24,562 nt of DNA from a virus (taxonomy: Duplodnaviria > Caudoviricetes): the IMG/VR virus record IMGVR_UViG_3300020306_000019, positions 1 through 24,562 of that record; one strand, written 5' to 3'. Positions 15,850 to 24,562 of this stretch are shown here, piece by piece. Under the pieces are notes generated by a model. It had not been told where the DNA came from. It did not search any database and worked only from the letters and a program-made list of their open reading frames with translations. The first letter of the stretch is position 1. Each line of letters begins with the position of its first letter. A program made the position numbers and the translations under genes.

Positions 15850-17352
15850 TTATGTGTCTTTCATATTTTCACTAGAGTAAGGTGTCATACCACCTGTATA
15901 TCTTTTTCTACCCTTTGCATCAAATTTACTTCCTGGCTCTCCTGGCTTTGGTTCTGGTTTTTGTGGTTTTTCAACATAACTACCAGCAGTTCCATCAGTT
16001 CTACCACCTAGTCTCTTTTGAGAATTAGGTTTAGGAGTCTCCCGATAATTAGCACCTTTACCAGCAGGAAACTTAGCACCCATCTCATTAAGAATCTCCT
16101 CTGGAGTTAAAGTCAGCATAATATCCTTGATCTCCTCTTCACTCAATCCCTCATCAAGTAATTGACCTTTTACGATATCGAATAGATCAGCACTTGCGGT
16201 AACTGATGTTCTTTTACCAGTTTTACTAATTGTGTTCGATGCCTGTTGTTGAGATCCTCCTCCACTCGTTATTCCTTTAATAGCATTTACTGGAGCTTGA
16301 GCAATATTACCAGCGGTGTTTGCTGCCATTCCTCCTAATTGTACCTTTGAAAAATTATCCAGTTTGCCAAATGAATCTGCTACTTTTGCACCAATTCTAG
16401 CACCTTTAGTTCCACCAATTGTTTTACCAATCATCATTGTTCCCTTCTTGGCAGCAGCACCAATACCTTTCTTTGCAGCTGCACCCGCTAATGCTTTACC
16501 AGCACCAGTCGCAGCGGCCTTTGCGCCAAGTCCAGTAACTAATTTACCAACAGCTCCTAATGCAGCTCCTACAAGTGGAATTGCCTCATCAATATTTTGT
16601 AACTGTTCCTCAGTCAAACTTGACATTGCTTTATATACATCTTTCTCGTCATATCCTTCATTGATAAACTTACCTGATATTACATCAAATAAATCAACAT
16701 CTTCTTTGGCGGTTTTAGCAGCATTCGCAAAATCCTGTGCTGAGGGTGCGCCTTTTGCACCTTTCTCTCTCATCTTACCACCACGTTTTCTTTTTGCGTG
16801 AATGTTGGCGTAAAGACCAGCACCCTCCTTTACATCCTTTTCATCCTTTTTTTTATCATCTTTTTCGTCTTCACCATTATCATCATCACCCTTTTTCTTT
16901 CCTTTTTTCTTATCAAGATATGCCTGTAATCCAGCAGGGATCTTTCCCTCTTTTACATCATCCTCATGAGGAATTGTATTTCCATCCTCATCCTTTTTAT
17001 GATGTTCATAAACTGCACGATATGCTGCAAGTAGATCAACACTGTTATTTAAATTTTTAGTATTGTCATTTGGAGATTCTGGTTTTTTATTTCTTAAAAC
17101 TCTATCTGCGTTTTCTTTATATTTTTTAATTTTTTCAACCTTATCAAGTTGAGGTGTTGATCCAAAAATATTCCTACCTTCCTCATCAAGAGTTTGTTCC
17201 TTTTGATTCTGATACATTGAATGATATGCATCCATCAATTTATTAGGAGAGGGAGCAGATCCATACTGTGTCTTACCTAGATCTGCTTGACTCTTCTTAC
17301 CAGATGGTGTCATACCACTGGATATCATGTCTTTAGAAACTCTATGATCCAT
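15850..17352 (-). CDS. Low-complexity late protein, probable internal head protein
   Basis: CTAAATA late promoter; K/D- and G/A-rich segments; repeated (I/L/V)-X-E sites of the kind cut by T4-type prohead proteases. Confidence 0.7.
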   Translation of the reverse strand: MDHRVSKDMISSGMTPSGKKSQADLGKTQYGSAPSPNKLMDAYHSMYQNQKEQTLDEEGRNIFGSTPQLDKVEKIKKYKENADRVLRNKKPESPNDNTKNLNNSVDLLAAYRAVYEHHKKDEDGNTIPHEDDVKEGKIPAGLQAYLDKKKGKKKGDDDNGEDEKDDKKKDEKDVKEGAGLYANIHAKRKRGGKMREKGAKGAPSAQDFANAAKTAKEDVDLFDVISGKFINEGYDEKDVYKAMSSLTEEQLQNIDEAIPLVGAALGAVGKLVTGLGAKAAATGAGKALAGAAAKKGIGAAAKKGTMMIGKTIGGTKGARIGAKVADSFGKLDNFSKVQLGGMAANTAGNIAQAPVNAIKGITSGGGSQQQASNTISKTGKRTSVTASADLFDIVKGQLLDEGLSEEEIKDIMLTLTPEEILNEMGAKFPAGKGANYRETPKPNSQKRLGGRTDGTAGSYVEKPQKPEPKPGEPGSKFDAKGRKRYTGGMTPYSSENMKDT

Positions 17353-17373
17353 CTTTATTTCAGAATTTAAAAT

Positions 17374-17380
17374 TATTTAG
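17374..17380 (-). promoter_or_regulatory. Putative late promoter (CTAAATA)
   Basis: In the 28-nt gap upstream of the 500-aa ORF; matches the T4-like TAAATA core. Confidence 0.65.
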
Positions 17381-19519
17381 TCATGCAACCAGTTCAATAA
17401 ATTCACTGAGAATCTTTTTGTTCATCTTCTTATTCTTAAGACTCTTTACAAATGCACGTTTGATGTCTGTTTTGGTTGCATCCTCTTTGACTTCAAACTC
17501 ATCATCATTCCCAATTGCAGCTGATGAGAGACCAAAGTAAGTATCATAAGCAGAATCTTTGATTGAAACAGACTTGTTCTTTTTCCAACTTCTCATTGTA
17601 AGTTCAACCTTCTCAGGATCATAACCAACATAACGACGAACAAAGGATCCAGCATCACGACTTGGCATCAAACGAATACCAATAAAATTAACGTTACTAA
17701 ATCTATCCTTAAGATTTCTAATTAAAACCTCAGTAAATCCAAAACAAGATTCTTTAACACGATATGTTTTACCAAGAGCACGATCACGAAGAAATGCATT
17801 GTAGTAGATTGCATTCTCACCAATGTATGGCTTGTCCTCCCACTGTCTCTGAATTGAAACATGGTAACGAGGTGTGTATGATTCACCATCAGTCAAAACA
17901 ACACATTGAACTTTCTCAACCTTATTGTCTTTCTTGAACTGAGGGATGATCTGATGCATACAAATCAAAGTCTCATCTAAAGGAGTGCCAGATAATCCCA
18001 TACCTACAGGAACTTGAAATCTATCGTTGTTATAATCATAGTAGTGATATCCAAACTTTGTACAGATACGGAAGATACTTTTCATTTGATGTTCAAGAGT
18101 TCTAAGATTCACTTTTGATGAGAACATATGCATCAAACTAAAACTTGTATCAACTGCAACAACGCCTGCTTTCTTTGTATAACGAGATGTATATTCCTCT
18201 GCATAGGGATCAGAGTTTGGAAAACAATTTGTGAAAGCATAGACATCAAATGGAATCTGAACCTTACGACAAAACCAGATTAGATTGTAAAGTTGTTTGA
18301 TTGTATCCTTCATGATAGGGCTCATAGATCCAGACCAATCAAGAACAAATATTAATCCATGATTCTTACCATCAGGTAAGACTGTAATCTTCTTGAAGAT
18401 ATCCTCACTGTATTTGTAAGTATGAAGTCTTGACATATCAAGCATACCTGTTCTTGCAGTCGCAGCTCGAGCATATGCGGATGCAGATTTTTTCATCTCA
18501 AACTCTTTAACAAGATAATTAACTTCTCTTCTTGCAGACTTTTTGAACTCATTGAACTCACGATCAGCATTCGAGAAATCTTCAATTGAATTATCAATCC
18601 ACTGTGCATCGATTGAAGAATGAATCCACTCATTAGAAATAATGACTCGATTAAGATCTAAATCATTCGGTCTTTCAACATAGATACTTTCACGAGCACC
18701 TTCATTTACCAATCCTTTGAGAGACTCCTTAAGATTTTCATCAGTTTCAACGGTTGGTTCTGTAATTTCATTGACATCTCTACTACCCTTGGAATAAGCT
18801 TGATCTTCGTATTCAAGATCATCTTCATCAATGTCCTTTTCTTTTAGATCACCTCCATCATCAGGTGTTGCAGTTTGATATTGTTCTTCATTATCAGCAT
18901 CGTCACCATCCTCTAATTGTTCCTTAAGTAACATCTCATCTTCAAGTTTTTTCTGTTCTTTCTTATCTTGAAGTTCTTGTTTACAATACTCATAAACTTT
19001 TTTTGATACCTCAAGAACCTCCTCAAATGTCTCTGTATTTCCTGTTAAAGCAACAAGTTCTCTCTCATAATCAGTAAAAGAAATATCAATAAAATTACCA
19101 ATCTTATAATACAAATTTAAACGATCAGCAAAACCCATATCATCAACATTCAAATCCTCTAATTGAAAGAAGTCCATTGCATGTAATTCATCGTATGCAT
19201 TAAAGAATGTTTTTGGAAGACCAGCGTATCTACGTTTGATTAGTTTTTCAATACGAGCATCTTCAACAACATTTACAAATGATGGTGGTATCTGATATTC
19301 TTCTATCCAATCTATGCAAGGAGTATATAATGCATGGCCAACTTCATGTGCAACTAACATATCATATACAGTTCCAGAAGCCCTTTCCCATAGTGGAAGA
19401 GTTAGAACTCTAGTCTCAACATTGAAACTTGCAGTTTGAACTTGTTTGTGTTCTACAATCAAATCCTCTGTAGCGAGTAACTTAGCAAGTGTTCCCTTAA
19501 CTTCTTGATTAACTGTCAT
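17381..19519 (-). CDS. CobT-like protein: N-terminal HEXXH metallopeptidase domain, acidic linker, C-terminal VWA domain
   Basis: AHEVGHALYT...NVVEDARIE; acidic linker; MIDAS DWSGSM, GTPL and LTDGE. Confidence 0.88.
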   Translation of the reverse strand: MTVNQEVKGTLAKLLATEDLIVEHKQVQTASFNVETRVLTLPLWERASGTVYDMLVAHEVGHALYTPCIDWIEEYQIPPSFVNVVEDARIEKLIKRRYAGLPKTFFNAYDELHAMDFFQLEDLNVDDMGFADRLNLYYKIGNFIDISFTDYERELVALTGNTETFEEVLEVSKKVYEYCKQELQDKKEQKKLEDEMLLKEQLEDGDDADNEEQYQTATPDDGGDLKEKDIDEDDLEYEDQAYSKGSRDVNEITEPTVETDENLKESLKGLVNEGARESIYVERPNDLDLNRVIISNEWIHSSIDAQWIDNSIEDFSNADREFNEFKKSARREVNYLVKEFEMKKSASAYARAATARTGMLDMSRLHTYKYSEDIFKKITVLPDGKNHGLIFVLDWSGSMSPIMKDTIKQLYNLIWFCRKVQIPFDVYAFTNCFPNSDPYAEEYTSRYTKKAGVVAVDTSFSLMHMFSSKVNLRTLEHQMKSIFRICTKFGYHYYDYNNDRFQVPVGMGLSGTPLDETLICMHQIIPQFKKDNKVEKVQCVVLTDGESYTPRYHVSIQRQWEDKPYIGENAIYYNAFLRDRALGKTYRVKESCFGFTEVLIRNLKDRFSNVNFIGIRLMPSRDAGSFVRRYVGYDPEKVELTMRSWKKNKSVSIKDSAYDTYFGLSSAAIGNDDEFEVKEDATKTDIKRAFVKSLKNKKMNKKILSEFIELVA

Positions 19520-19541
19520 TTGTTTCCTTGTATATGTACGT

Positions 19542-19597
19542 ATTATAATTCCTCAGCACAGAATGGAAACGATCAGTGTGCAGCTTTTTTAATTGTC
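19542..19597 (-). promoter_or_regulatory. Promoter of the VWA/peptidase gene with upstream 21-bp motif
   Basis: GACAATTAAAAAAGCTGCACA, 7 nt, TTTCCA, 16 nt, TATAAT. Confidence 0.7.
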
Positions 19598-19843
19598 TAT
19601 ACCTGTTGCATAATCTAATGCTCTCTTTGCAGTTCGCATTAAACGAACTCTACGCATATCATAAGTGTTAGGTAGTGTTAAAGAAAATCCTAAGAGTTCT
19701 CCCTCTGGATCATCTGGAAATCCAACTGGTTGAATAAAAAATATCCCTGCGTGTGCCACACACTTCCAACCAATATCAACAAAACCCAATTCTCTTAACG
19801 CACATTCTAACTTCAACGAGTGGCAAGCCTCCTCTAGTATCAT
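19589..19843 (-). CDS. Hypothetical protein (84 aa)
   Basis: Fills the gap after gp46; preceded by ATAAATA at 19866-19872. Confidence 0.75.
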   Translation of the reverse strand: MILEEACHSLKLECALRELGFVDIGWKCVAHAGIFFIQPVGFPDDPEGELLGFSLTLPNTYDMRRVRLMRTAKRALDYATGIDN

Positions 19844-19865
19844 GCGGATTACCGAACTTTATTAT

Positions 19866-19872
19866 TATTTAT
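19866..19872 (-). promoter_or_regulatory. Putative late promoter (ATAAATA) overlapping the gp46 stop
   Basis: Late consensus about 22 nt upstream of the ATG at 19843. Confidence 0.5.
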
Positions 19873-21578
19873 GACATTCGACTAAATCCTTTGATCTTTT
19901 CAAATTGTATGAGATCTTCAAATTTATCATGTAAGGATTGTTTATGTGAGATTACAAATACATTAGCATCTTTAATTACATACTTTACAATTTTAAGAAA
20001 CTCTTCAGTTCCAAATCCATCAAGTGAACTATCAAATACCTCGTCCATGATTAATAAATTTGTATTCACAGAGTTTTTAAATCTGGCTACCTCACGCCAT
20101 GTGAAAAGTAACGCTAAGTCAATACGCATCTTTTCACCCTCACTAAAGGATGAGTAAGAAAAATCCTCATGAATCGGAGATTGAATCGTCTCATTAAACT
20201 CCTCATCAAGCTTGAAGTTAATATAAAAATCCATCATCCGAAGATACTTATTTACTTGTTGGTTAATAAGCGGTAGATACTTCTTGATAATCTTAGATTT
20301 AACTCCACCATCCTTAAGAAGAGAGTAAGCAAAGTCGTGATGTAATATATCCTGTTTCCTCTCACCTAAAGATTCATAGGTTTCTTTTAATTTTTGATCA
20401 AACTCAGTTAATTTCTCATGTTCAGAATTTCTGTTTTTAAGTTGATTGGTAATTGTTTGAACTTCTTCTTCAAGTTCTCTGATCTGATTTTGGAATCCAG
20501 AGATCTTGATATTATTTTGAGAAATTTCATTCGTGAGTTTAGTAGTTTCCTTTGTGATGTTGATAAATTGACGTTCTCTTTCCTCTTCCTTAGCAATCGC
20601 CTTTTCTAGTTCTTCAAAACCAGATTTAAGTTCCTTTGCCTTTTCTTGAGCCTCGTCCAATTTATTTAACCTGAATCTTTCATCAATATCTTGAGTGCAA
20701 GTAGGGCAAACCGTATTTTTCGTAAAAAATTTATGTTCTTTCTTTACGGTAGATGCCTTATTTGATATTTTACCCTTTAAATTTCCCAACTCCTTAAGTC
20801 TCTTGTCAGCACCTAAAAATTTTTCTTGTTTCTTTATTAAATCTTCAACAGTTCCTTCTATTGTTAAATTTGCAATTTTGCATCCTTCAGATTCAAGAGA
20901 TAATGAATCCATCTTTTTTATCTTGGAGTCAATTCGATCTTTACCTCTTTTTTCAACCTCCTCCATAAAGTTTTGTTGCATCTCTAATTTTTCTTTCAAA
21001 GATGTTTTCTTAAGTTCTAAAGTTCTAACTTTATCTTTCTTTTCTCTAATCCGATCTTTAATAATATTATTCATTGCCGAGAATATCTTGATATCTAACA
21101 AATCCTCAATTACTTCTCTACGATTTGATCCAGATAACTGCATGAATGGAACAAATGTACTACTACCTAATATAACGATTTGTGTAAATGATTTATAATT
21201 CATCTTCACAACATTTTGTTCTAGCCATTTTTGTTGATCATTCGCAGCAGAGGATTGATTCATCATCTGACCATTACGATGAATCTCAAACACGTTTGGT
21301 TTGATACCTCGACGAATAAACCAATCAACTGATCCTATTGTAAAATCTAATTCAACTACACAATCTTTTTCATTTGTAGCATTTACAAGTTGAGATTTAT
21401 TGATTTTACGAAAGGGTTTATTAAACAAAACAAATGTAAGTGCATCTAACATGGTAGATTTACCAGCACCATTTGTTCCGATAATTACTGTATTCGATTT
21501 TTTATTAAGGTCTATCTCTGTCCACTGATTACCAGTAGACAACAAATTACGCCATCTTATCTTTTTGAAACAAATCAT
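19869..21578 (-). CDS. gp46: Rad50/SbcC-like recombination ATPase gp46
   Basis: Walker A GTNGAGKS, coiled coil with CPTC hook, FSEGEK signature, LIMDEVFDSSLD, ISH. Confidence 0.97.
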   Translation of the reverse strand: MICFKKIRWRNLLSTGNQWTEIDLNKKSNTVIIGTNGAGKSTMLDALTFVLFNKPFRKINKSQLVNATNEKDCVVELDFTIGSVDWFIRRGIKPNVFEIHRNGQMMNQSSAANDQQKWLEQNVVKMNYKSFTQIVILGSSTFVPFMQLSGSNRREVIEDLLDIKIFSAMNNIIKDRIREKKDKVRTLELKKTSLKEKLEMQQNFMEEVEKRGKDRIDSKIKKMDSLSLESEGCKIANLTIEGTVEDLIKKQEKFLGADKRLKELGNLKGKISNKASTVKKEHKFFTKNTVCPTCTQDIDERFRLNKLDEAQEKAKELKSGFEELEKAIAKEEERERQFINITKETTKLTNEISQNNIKISGFQNQIRELEEEVQTITNQLKNRNSEHEKLTEFDQKLKETYESLGERKQDILHHDFAYSLLKDGGVKSKIIKKYLPLINQQVNKYLRMMDFYINFKLDEEFNETIQSPIHEDFSYSSFSEGEKMRIDLALLFTWREVARFKNSVNTNLLIMDEVFDSSLDGFGTEEFLKIVKYVIKDANVFVISHKQSLHDKFEDLIQFEKIKGFSRMS

Positions 21579-21834
21579 TCTTTGGAGGAACCACGATATC
21601 GTCTGGTCTAATTATATTATACATGTAATTGTGAATTTCGCAAGCTTTTATTGCGATATTATCATCGATTTCAATCACACTCATCTCTGGAGTATCATCC
21701 TCTGAATACATTAAATCAGCATATCTATTTGCATCATCTTCTTCTTCAAACATAATCAGAACCCGATCTCCATCCTCATTTTCAACGGAGAAAGCACCCT
21801 CATCTTCAAAACCCTTTACAGCTAAAATAAACAT
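21547..21834 (-). CDS. DUF3110-like protein
   Basis: EGAFSV...VLIMFEEEDDANRYADLM...VVPP pattern; between gp47 and gp46. Confidence 0.7.
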   Translation of the reverse strand: MFILAVKGFEDEGAFSVENEDGDRVLIMFEEEDDANRYADLMYSEDDTPEMSVIEIDDNIAIKACEIHNYMYNIIRPDDIVVPPKNDLFQKDKMA

Positions 21835-22877
21835 TACTCGACCTCACAGGCCTCTTTATAAACGTCTTGAAGTATGGATGTGACAATAAATTTATCCAAA
21901 TCAACTTCAGACTCTTGTATATATCTATTTAACAGAGAAATTGTATCCTCGGATTCCTCAGCTTCAAACTCCTCTCCTTCCGTAAAATCAAAATTTTCAA
22001 CGATCTTAAGTTCTGCTAGATTTGATGAATAGAGTTTATCAATATATTTTTCAAATTGTTTTGGATCTGATTTTTTACGAACAATGACCTTAACAATTTT
22101 TTCATTATACTTTGTGATATCTAACATTTGATGAGGAGTATCATCATAGTAAAGATTATGGAAGATTTGATATGGATTATTAATCGGTGTATGAACTAGA
22201 GTATCTGTATCAAACAAATGAAATCCACGATTACGATCATTTACATCATTCCAATACATTTCGTAAGGATTGCCCAGATAAAAAATATTTTCTTGATTTG
22301 ATCTCATATGATAATGTCCAGAAAAGACTCGATCAAACTTATCAAAAATTTTCCCATCCATTCCATGTTCCATATAATGTCCACGAGTTGCCATAAATCC
22401 ATTTAATTCAAGATGTCCCATGACGCATGGAGAGTCACTTTCTTCTATAACTTCTAAAGTTTTATCTAAATTTTCAGAATTAATCCAAGGCACAAATAAA
22501 AATTTTGTTTTATCTATCGTGACTTCCTCAGCTTCTGAATATATTTTAATATTATCATACTCTCGAAGAAAAAGATCTACACCACTTAAGTTATTTGTAT
22601 TCTTATAATAAGCAGTATGATTACCAATAATCGTATGAGTAACAATACCTAGTTCTTGTAATCTATCAAAATAATTATTTTTTGCCCACTCTAGTGATAC
22701 AAAATCTACACCCTTACGGCTATCGAATGTATCACCCATATCAACTATAGTTGTAATGCCTTCTTTAATTAAAGTTGGAAAAAATATATCTTCATAAAAT
22801 TTTAAAAAATAATCATGAAACAATTTGGAGTTTTTTCTTGCACCAAAGTGTTGATCAGTAATAATAGCAATTTTCAT
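21834..22877 (-). CDS. gp47: Mre11/SbcD-like nuclease gp47
   Basis: Metallophosphoesterase motifs TDQHFG, GDTFD, GNH, GHLE and SGHYH. Confidence 0.97.
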   Translation of the reverse strand: MKIAIITDQHFGARKNSKLFHDYFLKFYEDIFFPTLIKEGITTIVDMGDTFDSRKGVDFVSLEWAKNNYFDRLQELGIVTHTIIGNHTAYYKNTNNLSGVDLFLREYDNIKIYSEAEEVTIDKTKFLFVPWINSENLDKTLEVIEESDSPCVMGHLELNGFMATRGHYMEHGMDGKIFDKFDRVFSGHYHMRSNQENIFYLGNPYEMYWNDVNDRNRGFHLFDTDTLVHTPINNPYQIFHNLYYDDTPHQMLDITKYNEKIVKVIVRKKSDPKQFEKYIDKLYSSNLAELKIVENFDFTEGEEFEAEESEDTISLLNRYIQESEVDLDKFIVTSILQDVYKEACEVE

Positions 22878-23449
22878 TTAGTCATCCAATCCAATACCTC
22901 TGTTGGAAGTTTACCCACTCTTGGGTCATTGTCCTTGACTGTGTGTGGATCCATCTCACCCTTGGGTAGATAAGTAAGTTCACGCAATGACCTAACTGCT
23001 GGATTACTTGTAACATTAGTGGGAAGTCGTCCAAGAGCGACATTATCATAGTTAAGTTGATGCCTGTCAAATGTAGCGAGTTCATATTCCTCCGTCATTG
23101 ATAGACAGTTGGTAGGGCAATATTCTACACAATTTCCACAGAAAATGCAAGCACCAAAGTCTATCGAATAATTTCTTAATTCTTTCTTTTTTGTTTCTTT
23201 ATTCATCACCCAATCAACCACTGGAAGATTGATAGGGCAAACTCTCACACAAACTTCACAAGCAATACATTTATCAAACTCATAGTGTATGCGACCACGA
23301 TACCTTTCGGATGGTATCAGTTTTTCGTAAGGATATTGAATCGTTACGGGCCTACGACCCATATGAGAAAGAGTCACAGAGAAACCATCTAGTAGATACT
23401 TTGCAGCATCCTTGATTTCTTTAATATAACTTGCGACTTGTTTGAACAT
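22874..23449 (-). CDS. ndhI: NAD(P)H-quinone oxidoreductase (NDH-1) subunit I, cyanobacterial type
   Basis: [39 protein letters not shown] and [16 protein letters not shown] (two 4Fe-4S motifs), ALGRLP. Confidence 0.96.
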   Translation of the reverse strand: MFKQVASYIKEIKDAAKYLLDGFSVTLSHMGRRPVTIQYPYEKLIPSERYRGRIHYEFDKCIACEVCVRVCPINLPVVDWVMNKETKKKELRNYSIDFGACIFCGNCVEYCPTNCLSMTEEYELATFDRHQLNYDNVALGRLPTNVTSNPAVRSLRELTYLPKGEMDPHTVKDNDPRVGKLPTEVLDWMTK

Positions 23450-23450
23450 T

Positions 23451-23942
23451 TTACTGATAGTTCATTCTTGTTTGTACAGAGTCTTTAATTTGATTATAAT
23501 CAGAGCTAGTGCCTGTCATGTCACCATCAACAGTGAATACCTCCTCATAACCAGATCTTTCAATAATTTTAGTTTTAATTTCAAGTTGTTTCTTTTCCTT
23601 TTGAATTCTTCTTAAAAAAGCATAGTGTATAATTTGAGTAAAATATGCAAAAGGATTTTTAGATTTTTCTGGATTAAAGTTGTTTATATATTGAACACAG
23701 TTTTCAATGCCATCACAGACCATATCATCTTTAAACATATAATTTACAAAATTAGGTTTAAAGGATAAGTGAGTTGCGATCTTAAGAAAACACTCTCCAA
23801 GATAATTAGTAATACGAGGTTTATCTTCACCTCTCTCTTCAGCCAAGGCGACCTTCTCCTTGTACTCAACGATAGCTGCAAGGAACTCTTTGTTGTTTAC
23901 ATAGTGTTCCGATCTTTTTCTTGTCCGTGGCATGGAATGCAT
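23451..23942 (-). CDS. gp55: Late-transcription sigma factor gp55
   Basis: HYVNNKEFL...[10 protein letters not shown]...PNFVNY...[24 protein letters not shown]. Confidence 0.96.
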   Translation of the reverse strand: MHSMPRTRKRSEHYVNNKEFLAAIVEYKEKVALAEERGEDKPRITNYLGECFLKIATHLSFKPNFVNYMFKDDMVCDGIENCVQYINNFNPEKSKNPFAYFTQIIHYAFLRRIQKEKKQLEIKTKIIERSGYEEVFTVDGDMTGTSSDYNQIKDSVQTRMNYQ

Positions 23943-23968
23943 TGATTGTGTTGTTCATTCATAACATT

Positions 23969-23997
23969 ATTATACACTATTTTCAAACGCTTGACAA
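23969..23997 (-). promoter_or_regulatory. Sigma70-type promoter of gp55-ndhI-gp47-gp46
   Basis: TTGTCA, 17 nt, TATAAT. Confidence 0.75.
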
Positions 23998-24019
23998 TAC
24001 CCTTAAAATCATGTACAAT
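23991..24019 (+). promoter_or_regulatory. Divergent antisense sigma70-type promoter
   Basis: TTGACA (23991-23996), 17 nt, TACAAT (24014-24019); no + strand ORF downstream in the track. Confidence 0.6.
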
Positions 24020-24047
24020 CAACACTGTAAGGGTTGAAAGGTTAATA

Positions 24048-24449
24048 TTAGCTATTATTAAAGATATTCTCTAGGCTCTTACGAGCATCTTTAACGTTAG
24101 ATATATAACCCATTTCTTTTGTCATCTTTGGTTTTGGTTTGAGTTCGGGAACTGGAGTTTCATAATATGCTTTTACAAAATTATTGTAAGCAGAGATAAC
24201 TTCCTCATCAGTAATTTCACATGTAGTGATAACGTTACTCATCTCCACTATATATAACTTTTCTCTACCTGTTTTAATCCAAGGTTCAATCTTAATGATA
24301 CTTAATCCAGGCTTTCTTGAGAAAGCTGACTGACCAACCATTGCTGGGCAATCTAATGATATTGCATCTAATTCTGGTGAGGATTCAATTTTTGCAATAA
24401 CTTCTTCTCCTGTATTAAGTTTTACAATTGCTAAAAATTTATTTGACAT
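24048..24449 (-). CDS. Conserved hypothetical protein between uvsW and gp55, possible Sm-like fold
   Basis: IVKLNTGEEVIAKI...EPWIK pattern; position in the operon. Confidence 0.8.
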   Translation of the reverse strand: MSNKFLAIVKLNTGEEVIAKIESSPELDAISLDCPAMVGQSAFSRKPGLSIIKIEPWIKTGREKLYIVEMSNVITTCEITDEEVISAYNNFVKAYYETPVPELKPKPKMTKEMGYISNVKDARKSLENIFNNS

Positions 24450-24562
24450 TTTTTTAAGGGTATTGTAAGCATCTCATAATTAAAATTTTCTTCATTATAA
24501 ATTTTAACTCTCTCCATCATATGATTTAAAGTGTAATTTTTTGAGGTTCCGTATGTAATGTC
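24431..24562 (-). CDS. uvsW: C-terminus of SF2 helicase UvsW (partial)
   Basis: Hand translation DITYGTSKNYTLNHMMERVKIYNEENFNYEMLTIPLKKCQINF*; NYTLNH..ER.KIY.EE.F tail and T4-like synteny. Confidence 0.85.
   Translation of the reverse strand, partial: DITYGTSKNYTLNHMMERVKIYNEENFNYEMLTIPLKKCQINF

Noticed and set aside
16316-17060. Plus-strand ORFs of 161 and 107 aa
   Set aside because: Antisense shadows of the low-complexity 500-aa gene; composition mirrors the sense codons.
15827-19597. The 21-bp direct repeat read as an att site, CRISPR repeat or target-site duplication
   Set aside because: Only two copies 3.75 kb apart, no integrase or cas genes, and both sit at a fixed distance from TATAAT, which fits a promoter element better.
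19753-21198. Plus-strand ORFs of 134, 63 and 167 aa and a 62-aa alternate-frame ORF
   Set aside because: Overlap gp46, have no recognisable motifs and run against the uniform gene orientation.

Overview
AT-rich segment of a T4-like marine cyanomyovirus genome, probably infecting Prochlorococcus (inferred from low GC and cyanobacterial-type genes). All credible genes are on the minus strand. In transcription order (right to left): 3' end of uvsW, an Sm-like ORF, late sigma factor gp55, a host-derived ndhI, gp47, DUF3110-like ORF, gp46, a metallopeptidase-VWA (CobT-like) protein, a late-promoter low-complexity probable internal head protein, CobS/MoxR AAA+ ATPase, gp45, cytidylyltransferase, DenV-like glycosylase, DUF4385, gp44, an accessory block (Zn ribbon, PsbN-like protein, DUF4338/DruA-like protein, small membrane proteins, DUF3310), gp62, regA, pyrE, a Cys-rich microprotein, hsp20, two Sm-like ORFs, gp43, uvsX and the 5' part of gp41. 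Seven small ORFs absent from the supplied track were read by hand. Main non-coding observations: a ROSE-like thermometer hairpin over the hsp20 SD; a 21-bp motif at identical spacing upstream of the AAA+ and VWA genes; a bidirectional promoter with overlapping -35 boxes upstream of gp55; and terminators whose loops carry the next -35 box. Family names come from motif recognition, not from database searches.
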